Shown here: in pieces, positions 18,971 to 28,211 of the stretch
Numbering within the stretch: position 1 is the first letter of the stretch
Layout of the letters: each line of letters begins with the position of its first letter
DNA from: an uncultured archaeon
Lineage (GTDB): Archaea; Asgardarchaeota; Thorarchaeia; Thorarchaeales; Thorarchaeaceae
NCBI GenBank assembly: GCA_964458565.1
Contig: CAYWJO010000002.1
Location: 1 to 64,000 of the forward strand
DNA: 64,000 nt
Reading direction: 5' to 3'
Position numbers and translations under genes: made by a program
The notes under the pieces: generated by a model
Seen by the model: the letters and a program-made list of their open reading frames with translations, nothing else
Told to the model about the DNA's origin: nothing
The model's database searches: none

Positions 18971-20734
18971 CTAATCTGTTGTTACTTCAGGTTCGCGGCG
19001 TTCGTATTCGCCTTCACCTTTGATAGTGATATTAATTCGTTTCTTATCACCAGGATTCATTCTTGTCCATTTCCAAATGAGATTCATTCCATCCTCTACG
19101 GTACTTAGAGATGGCTCTTCCTCCATTGGATCGGTGGATATATACTGAAACTTAGATGGTATCCAATCAGTGACAACCACGTTTTCAACAGTGACTTCAC
19201 CCTTATTCTCCGCTACAATCATAACGATATATTCACCTGGACTATCACCCTTGTTAATCGCTTTCTTGACTGCGATTCTACGTTTCTTATAGATAATCCC
19301 TATTTTGTGTCCATCTGGACTGCTTCCTGTTTCTGTGGGATGTCCGGGGGGATAGATGTTAGCTCTACATTTAATTGGTGATGGGTATTCCTTTTCAGGT
19401 CTACTTCTCCATGCCATGATTGCATAGTTTATTTTTATACTCTCACCTGGCTTGAGCACACCAACTGTTTCTTTCAAATCCTTCAATACTATGGTGATAT
19501 GATGTGGTTTCTCTGGATCTTGGTCCTCTGGGTCCATAGTGAATTCTTCTCCTCTAACCCAGATATTCACATGTTCTTTCTTTGGAGGCATTACATCATC
19601 TGGTAGGTTATCCTCAATTACAATTTCATTCAATGCTGCTGATCCAATATTTGTGACTTCTATGGTGACCTCAACAGGCGTCTTATCGGAACTAGATACA
19701 TTTGGTGGGTCAAATTCCTTTGAATAATTGATTCGATATACGGGGATTTGTAGTGGGGTCTTTGTAATTGTACCCAAAACTCTCTTCGTGACCTTTCTCA
19801 TTGGTGTATAGATAATTTCCTGAGTACATTTTGGTGGTGATTTGCTCTCGACATTGAATGATGCGGTCCAATCAGAGTCTGGAGCCATTTCCTTAGATGG
19901 AGCTTTATCAATCATTATCTGCTTTGATCCGCCGTCTTCTGGAGTAAAATAGACTTCAGCCTTGTCCAATCTTATCATCAAGTCACTTTCATTTGAACAC
20001 TCAAGAATACACTCCCACTGATTCGGTTGAGATTCAGCTGTTTCTATTCCAGTCAGAAATTCAGTTAAGGCAGTCATATCTGGTTTTAGTGAAGATCTCT
20101 GTTGGTCGTCGCCCCTGTAAGAAACAACTAGCTCTCCTGCATTCTTTGAATCAACATCCTCAGCATTGCCAACTGCAGTGATTTTGAGAACTGAATCTTC
20201 TTCGGGGTAGATTACAAATTCCTTCCAGACTATCTGTCTAGTTCCCTCGTCATAAGTTGCAGTTCCTGATGTAGTACTCTCAATCTCTACATTTGAAAGT
20301 TCAGGAGGTATTGTCTTGTTCAGTATAATATTATCTAGTTGGCCATTCGTTGTGTTCTTAACACGTATTGTGATTCTAACAGGATTCCTATTTCCGAAGG
20401 AATATGCCCAATGTGGCTCTTCTGAAGATTCTTCATAACAGGTATCGAAAATCTCTGTTAGTTCCATGATTGGTTCTGATATTGTGACAGAGTAACCATG
20501 ATCCCATATTCCACCTGCTTCAATCTCACCTGCTGAAAGAGTATCTTCTGGAATGTCCGTTCTTGATTGAGACCCATCTAGTAGAACACGTACGTTCCAT
20601 ATTCTACACCTTTCTGATGTATTATGCACACTCAGTACACCTGAAACGTCAACATGATCTATTCTATTGTCTTCTTTTATCACTGCTTTTTCGGTTTCTT
20701 CTAGGTCGATGATTACCATCTTATTTTCGGTCAA
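18971..20734 (-). CDS. Cytoplasmic beta-sandwich protein: mu-homology-like N-terminal region plus Ig-like/DUF11-type repeats
   Basis: No signal peptide or TM helix; repeated VTIEVTNIG...IEDNLP / VAENKG...VTDWIP units; probable TTG start at 20734 after GGTGAG (ORF open from 20797). Confidence 0.65.
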   Translation of the reverse strand: MTENKMVIIDLEETEKAVIKEDNRIDHVDVSGVLSVHNTSERCRIWNVRVLLDGSQSRTDIPEDTLSAGEIEAGGIWDHGYSVTISEPIMELTEIFDTCYEESSEEPHWAYSFGNRNPVRITIRVKNTTNGQLDNIILNKTIPPELSNVEIESTTSGTATYDEGTRQIVWKEFVIYPEEDSVLKITAVGNAEDVDSKNAGELVVSYRGDDQQRSSLKPDMTALTEFLTGIETAESQPNQWECILECSNESDLMIRLDKAEVYFTPEDGGSKQIMIDKAPSKEMAPDSDWTASFNVESKSPPKCTQEIIYTPMRKVTKRVLGTITKTPLQIPVYRINYSKEFDPPNVSSSDKTPVEVTIEVTNIGSAALNEIVIEDNLPDDVMPPKKEHVNIWVRGEEFTMDPEDQDPEKPHHITIVLKDLKETVGVLKPGESIKINYAIMAWRSRPEKEYPSPIKCRANIYPPGHPTETGSSPDGHKIGIIYKKRRIAVKKAINKGDSPGEYIVMIVAENKGEVTVENVVVTDWIPSKFQYISTDPMEEEPSLSTVEDGMNLIWKWTRMNPGDKKRINITIKGEGEYERREPEVTTD

Positions 20735-20799
20735 CTGACTCACCAACTCATATTCTATGATTGTGTATTCCCGTAGAATGGTCTTTACACGGAGCAATA

Positions 20800-21495
20800 T
20801 TAGGTAATTGTGTGTCTAAACTCATTTCCAGCTGCCCACTGAATTTCCATAACTTGGCCTTTTTCTAAGATAACTGGCAATGTACTTTGACTAAATTGGT
20901 CTATATATTTGGCAAATTTGATTCCTTGTTCTTTGTCTGTTATACGAGAGGGTATTGCAATCCTAGGTCCAGCATCGATACAGAGACTGACAGCATCTTT
21001 CACATCGAACACCTCGCCACCTGAAACAGGTGTGATTAACACATCTGATTCGATTTTTCCGAATGGTCCCCTAACAGCCGTATCTCCTAAGAATGATACC
21101 TTCATTCCTCCCATCTCAATATAGAGTCCCATGTTCTCTACCCGATCACCTGTATCTGGATTTCTACGATGGAGGGCATAAGGGGTTAATTTGAGCCCTG
21201 GAATTTCGTATACAATTTCTGAACGCAAGACATGTAACAACCATGGTTTTCCACCGTCGGCTTTCACTCTCTCAATGGTTTCTTCATTACCGAGAATCCA
21301 TGCTTTTGCATTCGCTGCAATTTCAACAGCATTTCCAACAGCGTCGTCCAGCTTATGAGTCGCAGCTATCACTCTAACACCGTAATTATCAGGCACTAGA
21401 GTTTTCCCTCTCCATTTTCCTGGATTCACTAAGAGCGATGTGTCATTAGATTCGAAGGCGAATGTCGTTTTACCAAAGTGTGTAATTTTGAGCAA
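20800..21495 (-). CDS. Metallo-beta-lactamase-fold protein (UPF0173-like), degenerate metal motif
   Basis: KITHFG...LLVNP, FLGDT and LITPVSG motifs; THKLDD in place of THxHxDH. Confidence 0.75.
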   Translation of the reverse strand: MLKITHFGKTTFAFESNDTSLLVNPGKWRGKTLVPDNYGVRVIAATHKLDDAVGNAVEIAANAKAWILGNEETIERVKADGGKPWLLHVLRSEIVYEIPGLKLTPYALHRRNPDTGDRVENMGLYIEMGGMKVSFLGDTAVRGPFGKIESDVLITPVSGGEVFDVKDAVSLCIDAGPRIAIPSRITDKEQGIKFAKYIDQFSQSTLPVILEKGQVMEIQWAAGNEFRHTIT

Positions 21496-21707
21496 TAGAC
21501 CACATCCTAATATTCCGTTTAGTCCCATATCTAGGAATACCAGCGGTATGCTATCGAGTGTTTTTGTTTCTTAAAAAGAAATTGCCCATATGCTGTTAAA
21601 ATTCACCTTTTTTGATACAAAGAAGCAATCTCCGGGTTTCCGAGTGCTATCTTTTTATGATATTCTCAAGACATAAGGATAGAGATTCTCAATAAAGCAT
21701 CAGAGGA

Positions 21708-23018
21708 ATGAAGAGGGGTCTTATGCTCGAAAAGATACTTACTGAAAAATTCCGCGAATTACTGAAATTAGTGTTCACAGATATTCAAAACCAACAGGAT
21801 CGCCGAGATGAAGAAGAATTTGCCAAAGATGAATTGAGAATCAAAGAGAAACTTCTAGATGCTGTAGATACGTATCCCTCTGATGTCGTATTGGATGAGG
21901 ATTTCGGTATTGCTGCTGTAGATGGGTCTGGAACAGATACGCTCATGTTGTTGGATGATATTAGAGTTCACCTTCTTAGTACGGCTTCGATAGTGATTGA
22001 TACAAACACAAAGGCGGAGAATCTATTCTCTCCTCTTGATCGCGAAACATTGGAGAGTTACCTAGGAAGTCAACCCCATATCGATGCACACTGGCATTCT
22101 GGTGTACGTGGGGATGCGAAAAACAAACTTGCAGACTCTCTGGCTAATATCTATCCTGAGAAGGACCTCGTGTCTATCATATTGCCCTTCTTCAGAGATG
22201 TAACCGAAGACCGGATTTCTGATTTCACTAAACTAACTGAAAGCGAATTCGCAAAGTATGCAGTCAAATTGGATGCGATGGATGAGCTCATTTCTAGGGA
22301 GCAAATCCTTACGAATCCAGTTGTTCATGATGAGTTGAGGAAGGTATCTGAATATGCAGCAGCTAGAGATATTATCACCAGTGGACTTCGTCCAAAATAT
22401 CTCTTGTTAGATGGTGCGATGTCAATCTTCATTCATTTCTCAAGGCAATATCCCTCTATGCCAAGTGGTTTCATGTTGCGTGAGCTCTGCTCTTTGGCAC
22501 GTAATGAAGAGATAATTTTGTGTGCAGTAAGTAAAACACACACAATTCCATTTGCTCATCGTATTGCAAAAATGGCTCAGGACAAATTCGGATTAGGGAC
22601 GAAATGGTTCTGTCATCTCCCTAGTAAGGATGATCCTGAGGGCGGTTTACATATCTATGAGGACCGTACGTATATTCCTCCGAGATTGGCTGTCCCATAT
22701 CTCTTCAGTTTCTCGCGAGATAATCGTCCATCAAGGATTGATTTTGACAGAGTCTGGTGGTTGGAAAATGTATTTGTTCCAGGAGACCCTGTTACAACAA
22801 GACAGAACGAAAAGGCGTTGTTTAGAGACCTCGAGTTTATGTCACGAGATGCTCGATGGTATGGATATCCTGTCGCGTTAGCTCTGGCACATGAAGCGTG
22901 TAAATTAAGCTACGAGGATCTCAGGATATCAAAAGAGATTGCAATGGATGTTAGAAGTCAGCTTGGTCTCGATCCAAGACGCGCAGACTCTGCAAGGAGT
23001 GACTATAATCTAGACTAG
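21708..23018 (+). CDS. nurA: NurA 5'-3' nuclease
   Basis: AAVDGS, LLLDGA, AVSK and GYPVALALAHEAC motifs; operon context. Confidence 0.88.
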   Translation: MKRGLMLEKILTEKFRELLKLVFTDIQNQQDRRDEEEFAKDELRIKEKLLDAVDTYPSDVVLDEDFGIAAVDGSGTDTLMLLDDIRVHLLSTASIVIDTNTKAENLFSPLDRETLESYLGSQPHIDAHWHSGVRGDAKNKLADSLANIYPEKDLVSIILPFFRDVTEDRISDFTKLTESEFAKYAVKLDAMDELISREQILTNPVVHDELRKVSEYAAARDIITSGLRPKYLLLDGAMSIFIHFSRQYPSMPSGFMLRELCSLARNEEIILCAVSKTHTIPFAHRIAKMAQDKFGLGTKWFCHLPSKDDPEGGLHIYEDRTYIPPRLAVPYLFSFSRDNRPSRIDFDRVWWLENVFVPGDPVTTRQNEKALFRDLEFMSRDARWYGYPVALALAHEACKLSYEDLRISKEIAMDVRSQLGLDPRRADSARSDYNLD

Positions 23019-23029
23019 AGTGAACAAAC

Positions 23030-24781
23030 ATGGTGTTGGATAAGGATAATCTGGGAGAATTATTTGGTAAAGTTGGGATTGGAAATCAGAACATGCTAGG
23101 CATCATGGGAAGTAACCGTGATATCAGCGTTGGGGAGATTTTCATGATTTATTCCCAAAGAGACGGTCATGAACGTGTGTTCTTTTTCCGTGTGCTAGGA
23201 CTTGAGAATTACCTACGTCAGGTAGATGACATGTCGCGCGTCGCAGGTACCTTGATGGTAGAAGGTGATGCGTATCTCTCAGGTATTGAACGGAATATGC
23301 TTCTCTCTGTCAATGGCAAGATGCTTGGTTATGCTGAAGAAATAGATGGAGAATGGAAATTCCGCTCCCCTAGGAGAATGCCTGACCATTTAGCAGACGT
23401 ATATCGGCCAAAACCCGGAGTATCAGACGAAAACGTTTGTGCGATGTTATGTACACAAACTGATGGTGAGGTCTATGTTGGTGATTTACAAATTGGTGAA
23501 GCCACACTTGATGTTCCGGTAATGATACCAGCAAAGTTCCTTCCGATGCACGTTGGCATTTTTGGATCAACTGGCGCAGGTAAAAGTAATCTTATGATGG
23601 TCCTCATTAAATCAATAATCGATACAAATCTTGACAATATTGGTAGTTCTGATACGCGAATATCGGGATTCTGTATCGATCCTCATGATGAGTTTGCTAA
23701 GGGTGTCGACAAATTTGGAATTCAGCACATAATCGAATCGATGGACTCTGATACACGGAAGGAAGTCATTGGTGATTTCTATTATCTGACAACCCATCCT
23801 ACAGCAACTCCAAGAGAGATTCAGAGATATGCTCGAGGGATTCGGATTAACTATCAAGAAATTCAGCCGAGGGACTTGTATTCAATCATGGAATTCACAA
23901 GCCAGATGGAATCGTTCATCGATGGAATTTACGCTAGCGCACAGGAGGACTGGATTTCTGAAATTCTTGATATGACTGAAGATCCCGATGGTACTCCAAA
24001 AGGCACACTAAGAGCTGTACAGAGACGATTGAGATTTCTTGAGCGATCCGTGATATTTGAAAGAAGTGGTTCTTCAGTACTTGATGACATTTTCATCGCA
24101 ATGGAAACTGGACGTATCCTTGTTGTAAATACCAGTCTCATGAGTGATATGGAGCAATTCTTACTGACTACTGTAGTCACACGCACAGTGTCAGATATGC
24201 GCAGAGCAATGAAGAGCAGTGGGACTTTAGGTGATTTTGACAGGCAAGGTCAGATGAGGTTGCCCCGCCCTTTCTTCAATAGAGTCAAGGCAAAAGCGAG
24301 AGGATTTTATGGAAAGAACGGTACAGATGACACCAGCGAGGTTCGTGATCCAAGAGATCTTCCTGTAATCCAGATAACAGTGGAAGAGGCACCCTCAATA
24401 CTCAATCCAGCTTTGATGCGCGGACAGTCAGTATTCAAGGATATTTCTCGTCAAGGCCGTAAGTTCAATATTGGTCTACTTGTTGTGAGTCAACAAGTAA
24501 GTGTCCTAGATAATGTAATCTTGAGTCAGATGAACACTGAGGTCAATCTTAGGCTCGGAAATGAGAGAGAGATTCGTGCATGTATTGAAAATGCCAGTGT
24601 CAATATAACTGGGTTCGAAAACGAGTTTCGAGTCATGTCCCGTGGAGAGGCATTATTAACAGCGTCATATAGAGAGATGCCAATACCTGTTCTTATTCCC
24701 CTCTTTGATGTCATCTTCAACCGCGATAAGGCGAAATATAAGTCTGTCAAAGGCAAGAAGAGTGAAAAGCACATCCTCTGA
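23030..24781 (+). CDS. herA: HerA bipolar helicase/ATPase
   Basis: HAS-barrel N-terminus; HVGIFGSTGAGKS; IDPHDEF; VEEAP; RQGRKF; VSQQ. Confidence 0.92.
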   Translation: MVLDKDNLGELFGKVGIGNQNMLGIMGSNRDISVGEIFMIYSQRDGHERVFFFRVLGLENYLRQVDDMSRVAGTLMVEGDAYLSGIERNMLLSVNGKMLGYAEEIDGEWKFRSPRRMPDHLADVYRPKPGVSDENVCAMLCTQTDGEVYVGDLQIGEATLDVPVMIPAKFLPMHVGIFGSTGAGKSNLMMVLIKSIIDTNLDNIGSSDTRISGFCIDPHDEFAKGVDKFGIQHIIESMDSDTRKEVIGDFYYLTTHPTATPREIQRYARGIRINYQEIQPRDLYSIMEFTSQMESFIDGIYASAQEDWISEILDMTEDPDGTPKGTLRAVQRRLRFLERSVIFERSGSSVLDDIFIAMETGRILVVNTSLMSDMEQFLLTTVVTRTVSDMRRAMKSSGTLGDFDRQGQMRLPRPFFNRVKAKARGFYGKNGTDDTSEVRDPRDLPVIQITVEEAPSILNPALMRGQSVFKDISRQGRKFNIGLLVVSQQVSVLDNVILSQMNTEVNLRLGNEREIRACIENASVNITGFENEFRVMSRGEALLTASYREMPIPVLIPLFDVIFNRDKAKYKSVKGKKSEKHIL

Positions 24782-24792
24782 GGTATCATGTA

Positions 24793-26100
24793 ATGACTGT
24801 TCGAATAGCTCACATCTCTGATACACATCTTGGGGCTAGACCTCGAGATGGTGTCAAACATAATATCTGGGGAGTAGAGATGAGAGCGCGTCTTCTTGAG
24901 AACGACTTCTACGTGCGTTTCGCTGAACTCTTTGATATGATTGCTGCTCTAGATCCTCCTGTTGACCTCGTTGTGCACAGCGGTGACCTTTACGATTCTC
25001 CCTGGGAAAACAATCCGACTCAACCTCCAGTAATGGCACAGACAACGGCATTATCGGTCATGAAGAACTTCATCGAAAAAACTGGGATACCCGTCCTCAT
25101 AATAGAAGGAAATCATGGTCTTTACCGGCTGTTAGAAGTCTCACTTCTTGAAAGCCTGATGATGGCAATTCCTGGACTTGCTGTTGCTACGCAGCAAGAT
25201 CTCAAACGTGCACTGGCAACCTTGGAACCTCTAGTAGTCGAGTTCGATAATCTGGATGTCTATTGTTTCCCATTTATAGACCACTCTGTTCTGGAATCTG
25301 CTGGATTACTAAGTGACTTCAATGATTGGATCCGTAATTCCCAGAAACCGAAATCTAAGAGACCGTCTATTGCGGTAGCACATGGCATGGATATTGACCA
25401 ATCCCTCTATACTGCAATATTTGACCTTGATTATGATTATGTCGCTCTTGGCCATGACCATCATCAGCATAAACACAACAACAAAGCGTGGTATGCTGGG
25501 TCTCCTGAGAGATGGAGATTTGATGAAATTCGTCATGAAAAGGGATATCTACTAGTCGAAATTAAAGAAGGGGAATTACCAAAGGTAACGCCTCAGATTA
25601 TTGAATTTGCTCGTCCTGTGTTCAACGAAGGGATTGTTTTAGCCGAAGATGACACTGTGGACTCTGTAAGTGAAAAAATACAATCATGGATGAACGACCA
25701 AGGTCTTGTTACTGATTTTGATCCGGAAACTGCCGCTCGTATCAGATTTGTAATCGAAGGAAACTCAAGAAGCGTTGGTCCACTTGACTTGCGACTTGCA
25801 CTTGAAGCCCTTAGGATGAAACTGCTCTCTCAAGATTCCGATTATAATATCTCTCAGCTCGTCTGGGTTATCAAGCAATCCCAACAAGAATTTGATTCAC
25901 AGGCCTATCCCGAAATTGAATCAGAATATCTAATTGAGGATCCCGAAACCGATTTCAAGGAATATTTAGAATCCGTGAGTATCGACGAACGCTACGATGT
26001 TTCTGACCTTACAAAGATTGCCGTAAAAGCTCTTAACATAGCTGTCGAAGGCGGCGAAAAAATGACTTTAGAATCTTTAACGGAGGCTGAACGTGAGTGA
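24793..26100 (+). CDS. mre11: Mre11/SbcD nuclease
   Basis: HISDTHLG, HSGDLYD, EGNH, AHG, ALGHDH and YAGSPE phosphoesterase motifs. Confidence 0.92.
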   Translation: MTVRIAHISDTHLGARPRDGVKHNIWGVEMRARLLENDFYVRFAELFDMIAALDPPVDLVVHSGDLYDSPWENNPTQPPVMAQTTALSVMKNFIEKTGIPVLIIEGNHGLYRLLEVSLLESLMMAIPGLAVATQQDLKRALATLEPLVVEFDNLDVYCFPFIDHSVLESAGLLSDFNDWIRNSQKPKSKRPSIAVAHGMDIDQSLYTAIFDLDYDYVALGHDHHQHKHNNKAWYAGSPERWRFDEIRHEKGYLLVEIKEGELPKVTPQIIEFARPVFNEGIVLAEDDTVDSVSEKIQSWMNDQGLVTDFDPETAARIRFVIEGNSRSVGPLDLRLALEALRMKLLSQDSDYNISQLVWVIKQSQQEFDSQAYPEIESEYLIEDPETDFKEYLESVSIDERYDVSDLTKIAVKALNIAVEGGEKMTLESLTEAERE

Positions 26101-28178
26101 AGATTCTAAGAGTCGAGATTAAGAACTTCAAACCATTTCGTGATATTGTAGTTCCAGAAGAGGGTGAATTACCCAATGGTTTGATTCTTATCAAAGGTGA
26201 AAACTCTACCGGGAAATCCTCTTTCTTTGAAGCCATTCTCTGGGGATTATGGGGTTCTGAGGTCGTCGAACCTACCAATGATGAGTTGGTTAGTTTCACC
26301 TCGTCATTTTGTAAAGTCACTCTCGTCTTTGAAGTCGGGGGTTCTGAATACAAGATTGAGCGTTCATATGACCAAGCTACCGGGATGGAGGTTATCCTCT
26401 TCAAGAAAAATGGGTCTGCTTGGAAACGAATAGCTGATAAAAGCAAGAGTGTTTCTTCTAAGGTTGATGAGATACTGCACCTCGATTGGAGACAGGCATT
26501 GAATACACTTCTCGTTCGTCAGGGTGAAGTGGCCCTTATCGCAAATGCTACCCCTTCAGTCCTAAGAGACCTAATCATTAAGGTCTACAACATCGAGCTG
26601 CTTGGCACGATGACAACTCATCTTGAGAACCTTGAAACTGATTTGAATAATCGAAGGAATTCTCTTGAATCTGATTATACTCGTGAGGATATCATTGCGA
26701 AACAAATGGAGCAAACTAAATCGCGGCTTGATGGATATGAAAAGGAATTAGTTGCTAAAGAGAATGATTTAGCTGAGTCAGAGAGGCAATTGAAAAATCT
26801 CCCTGATATAGAAAAACTCCGTAAAGTCCATGACATGCAAAAGGAACATGAGAAATCCAAACGTGAATATGAGAGAAGTATCAGTGATCGTGACAGCGAG
26901 CTGGACGATGCAGGCCTTGCATCAGCTGATGAGGAAGTTGTGGCTGCGAAACTCGAGTTACTGAAAAAAGAAACTGAGCGAATCGAATCGCAATCGAAAG
27001 AAATCGAGAACAAAAGAGAAACAGTTGATCAAGAGGTGGGTTATCTAATCTCACGTAGTGAAGAACTCCGTGAACACGTTACTGGCCTAGAGGAAATATC
27101 TGAGGATATCTCTAACACCATTGACTGTCCCACTTGTGGAAAACCATTAACTCCCAAAGAGCGTGAACGGCTGTTATCTGAATACACAAGCGAGCTCAAA
27201 TCAGCAAAGAAACGACTTCTCGAACTTAAGAAAACACGTGAAAATCTGTCTCAAGAGCGATCAGAAACAGACTCAAGAATCCGTTCAATATCTTCAGCAA
27301 TCGATGCAATTCAACGAATAAAGAAACATCAAACTCAGGTAGATGAAGCAAAAACCGAGCTTGATACAATCTCCGCCGAAGTCGAATCCGTTATGAAACA
27401 GTCGGGTATTAAGGATCTTGATAAACTTCTTGCAGATTTTCAAGTCCTAAATATTGTTGATCTTCAGAATAAAGCGGCAGCTATCACAAGTAAATTTGAA
27501 TCTCTCCAGACCGAATGCAAGGGAATTAGAGATCGGATTGAACAAGAGAAGGAGCAAATTGGACAATTAGATTTGGATATACTGCAAAGCCGCGAAATTG
27601 GTGCTGAGATTGATTCGTTGAAACGGCTTAGCGAACACACACGGTATGTCCGTCTTAAACTGATTAATGGGTTTGTTGCTGATTATGTTGTTCAGAAACG
27701 TCTGATAGGTATCATTCGAGGCGCAACAAATCCATATGTACGTGCTTTTACCAATGATCAATATTCATCAGTCGATTTAATCGCCACGCAAGCCAAAGGT
27801 AGATCTGGTGCTGGTCTTGTTCTCAAAATTCGTGATGAACGCGACAATGCTACAAAGAAAACAAGCCAGCTAAGCTTTGGAGACCGCACTGCAATTAGTC
27901 TTGCACTGAGACTTGGGATAAGTAGAACAATGAGTGCAATTCGTCCAACGAAAAATAGCCCTGCTATTGCGCCTCGTGTACGATGCGTGCTTCTTGATGA
28001 ACCACTTGGTGGATTAGATAAGAACCGGCGGCATTCTGTTGTGCGGAATCTAGTGAATGACGAAAGTTTCGAACAAATATTCTTGATTACTCATACAGAT
28101 ATTCAGGAATGGGATGAGGTTCCTGTTATTGAAGTAACAAAGTCCGGGTCCAGTAGTGCTATGTCTTTTCAGATGTAA
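26097..28178 (+). CDS. rad50: Rad50/SbcC SMC-like ATPase
   Basis: GENSTGKS, RQGE, coiled coils with central CPTCG zinc hook, LSFGD, LLDEP, ITH; GTGA overlap with mre11. Confidence 0.93.
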   Translation: MKILRVEIKNFKPFRDIVVPEEGELPNGLILIKGENSTGKSSFFEAILWGLWGSEVVEPTNDELVSFTSSFCKVTLVFEVGGSEYKIERSYDQATGMEVILFKKNGSAWKRIADKSKSVSSKVDEILHLDWRQALNTLLVRQGEVALIANATPSVLRDLIIKVYNIELLGTMTTHLENLETDLNNRRNSLESDYTREDIIAKQMEQTKSRLDGYEKELVAKENDLAESERQLKNLPDIEKLRKVHDMQKEHEKSKREYERSISDRDSELDDAGLASADEEVVAAKLELLKKETERIESQSKEIENKRETVDQEVGYLISRSEELREHVTGLEEISEDISNTIDCPTCGKPLTPKERERLLSEYTSELKSAKKRLLELKKTRENLSQERSETDSRIRSISSAIDAIQRIKKHQTQVDEAKTELDTISAEVESVMKQSGIKDLDKLLADFQVLNIVDLQNKAAAITSKFESLQTECKGIRDRIEQEKEQIGQLDLDILQSREIGAEIDSLKRLSEHTRYVRLKLINGFVADYVVQKRLIGIIRGATNPYVRAFTNDQYSSVDLIATQAKGRSGAGLVLKIRDERDNATKKTSQLSFGDRTAISLALRLGISRTMSAIRPTKNSPAIAPRVRCVLLDEPLGGLDKNRRHSVVRNLVNDESFEQIFLITHTDIQEWDEVPVIEVTKSGSSSAMSFQM

Positions 28179-28211
28179 AGAAGCATCCAACTTACTTGAG
28201 GACAAAGCTTA

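Noticed and set aside
21708-24781. NurA/HerA as a stand-alone anti-phage system
   Set aside because: They are coupled to mre11-rad50, which fits the housekeeping DSB-repair cluster
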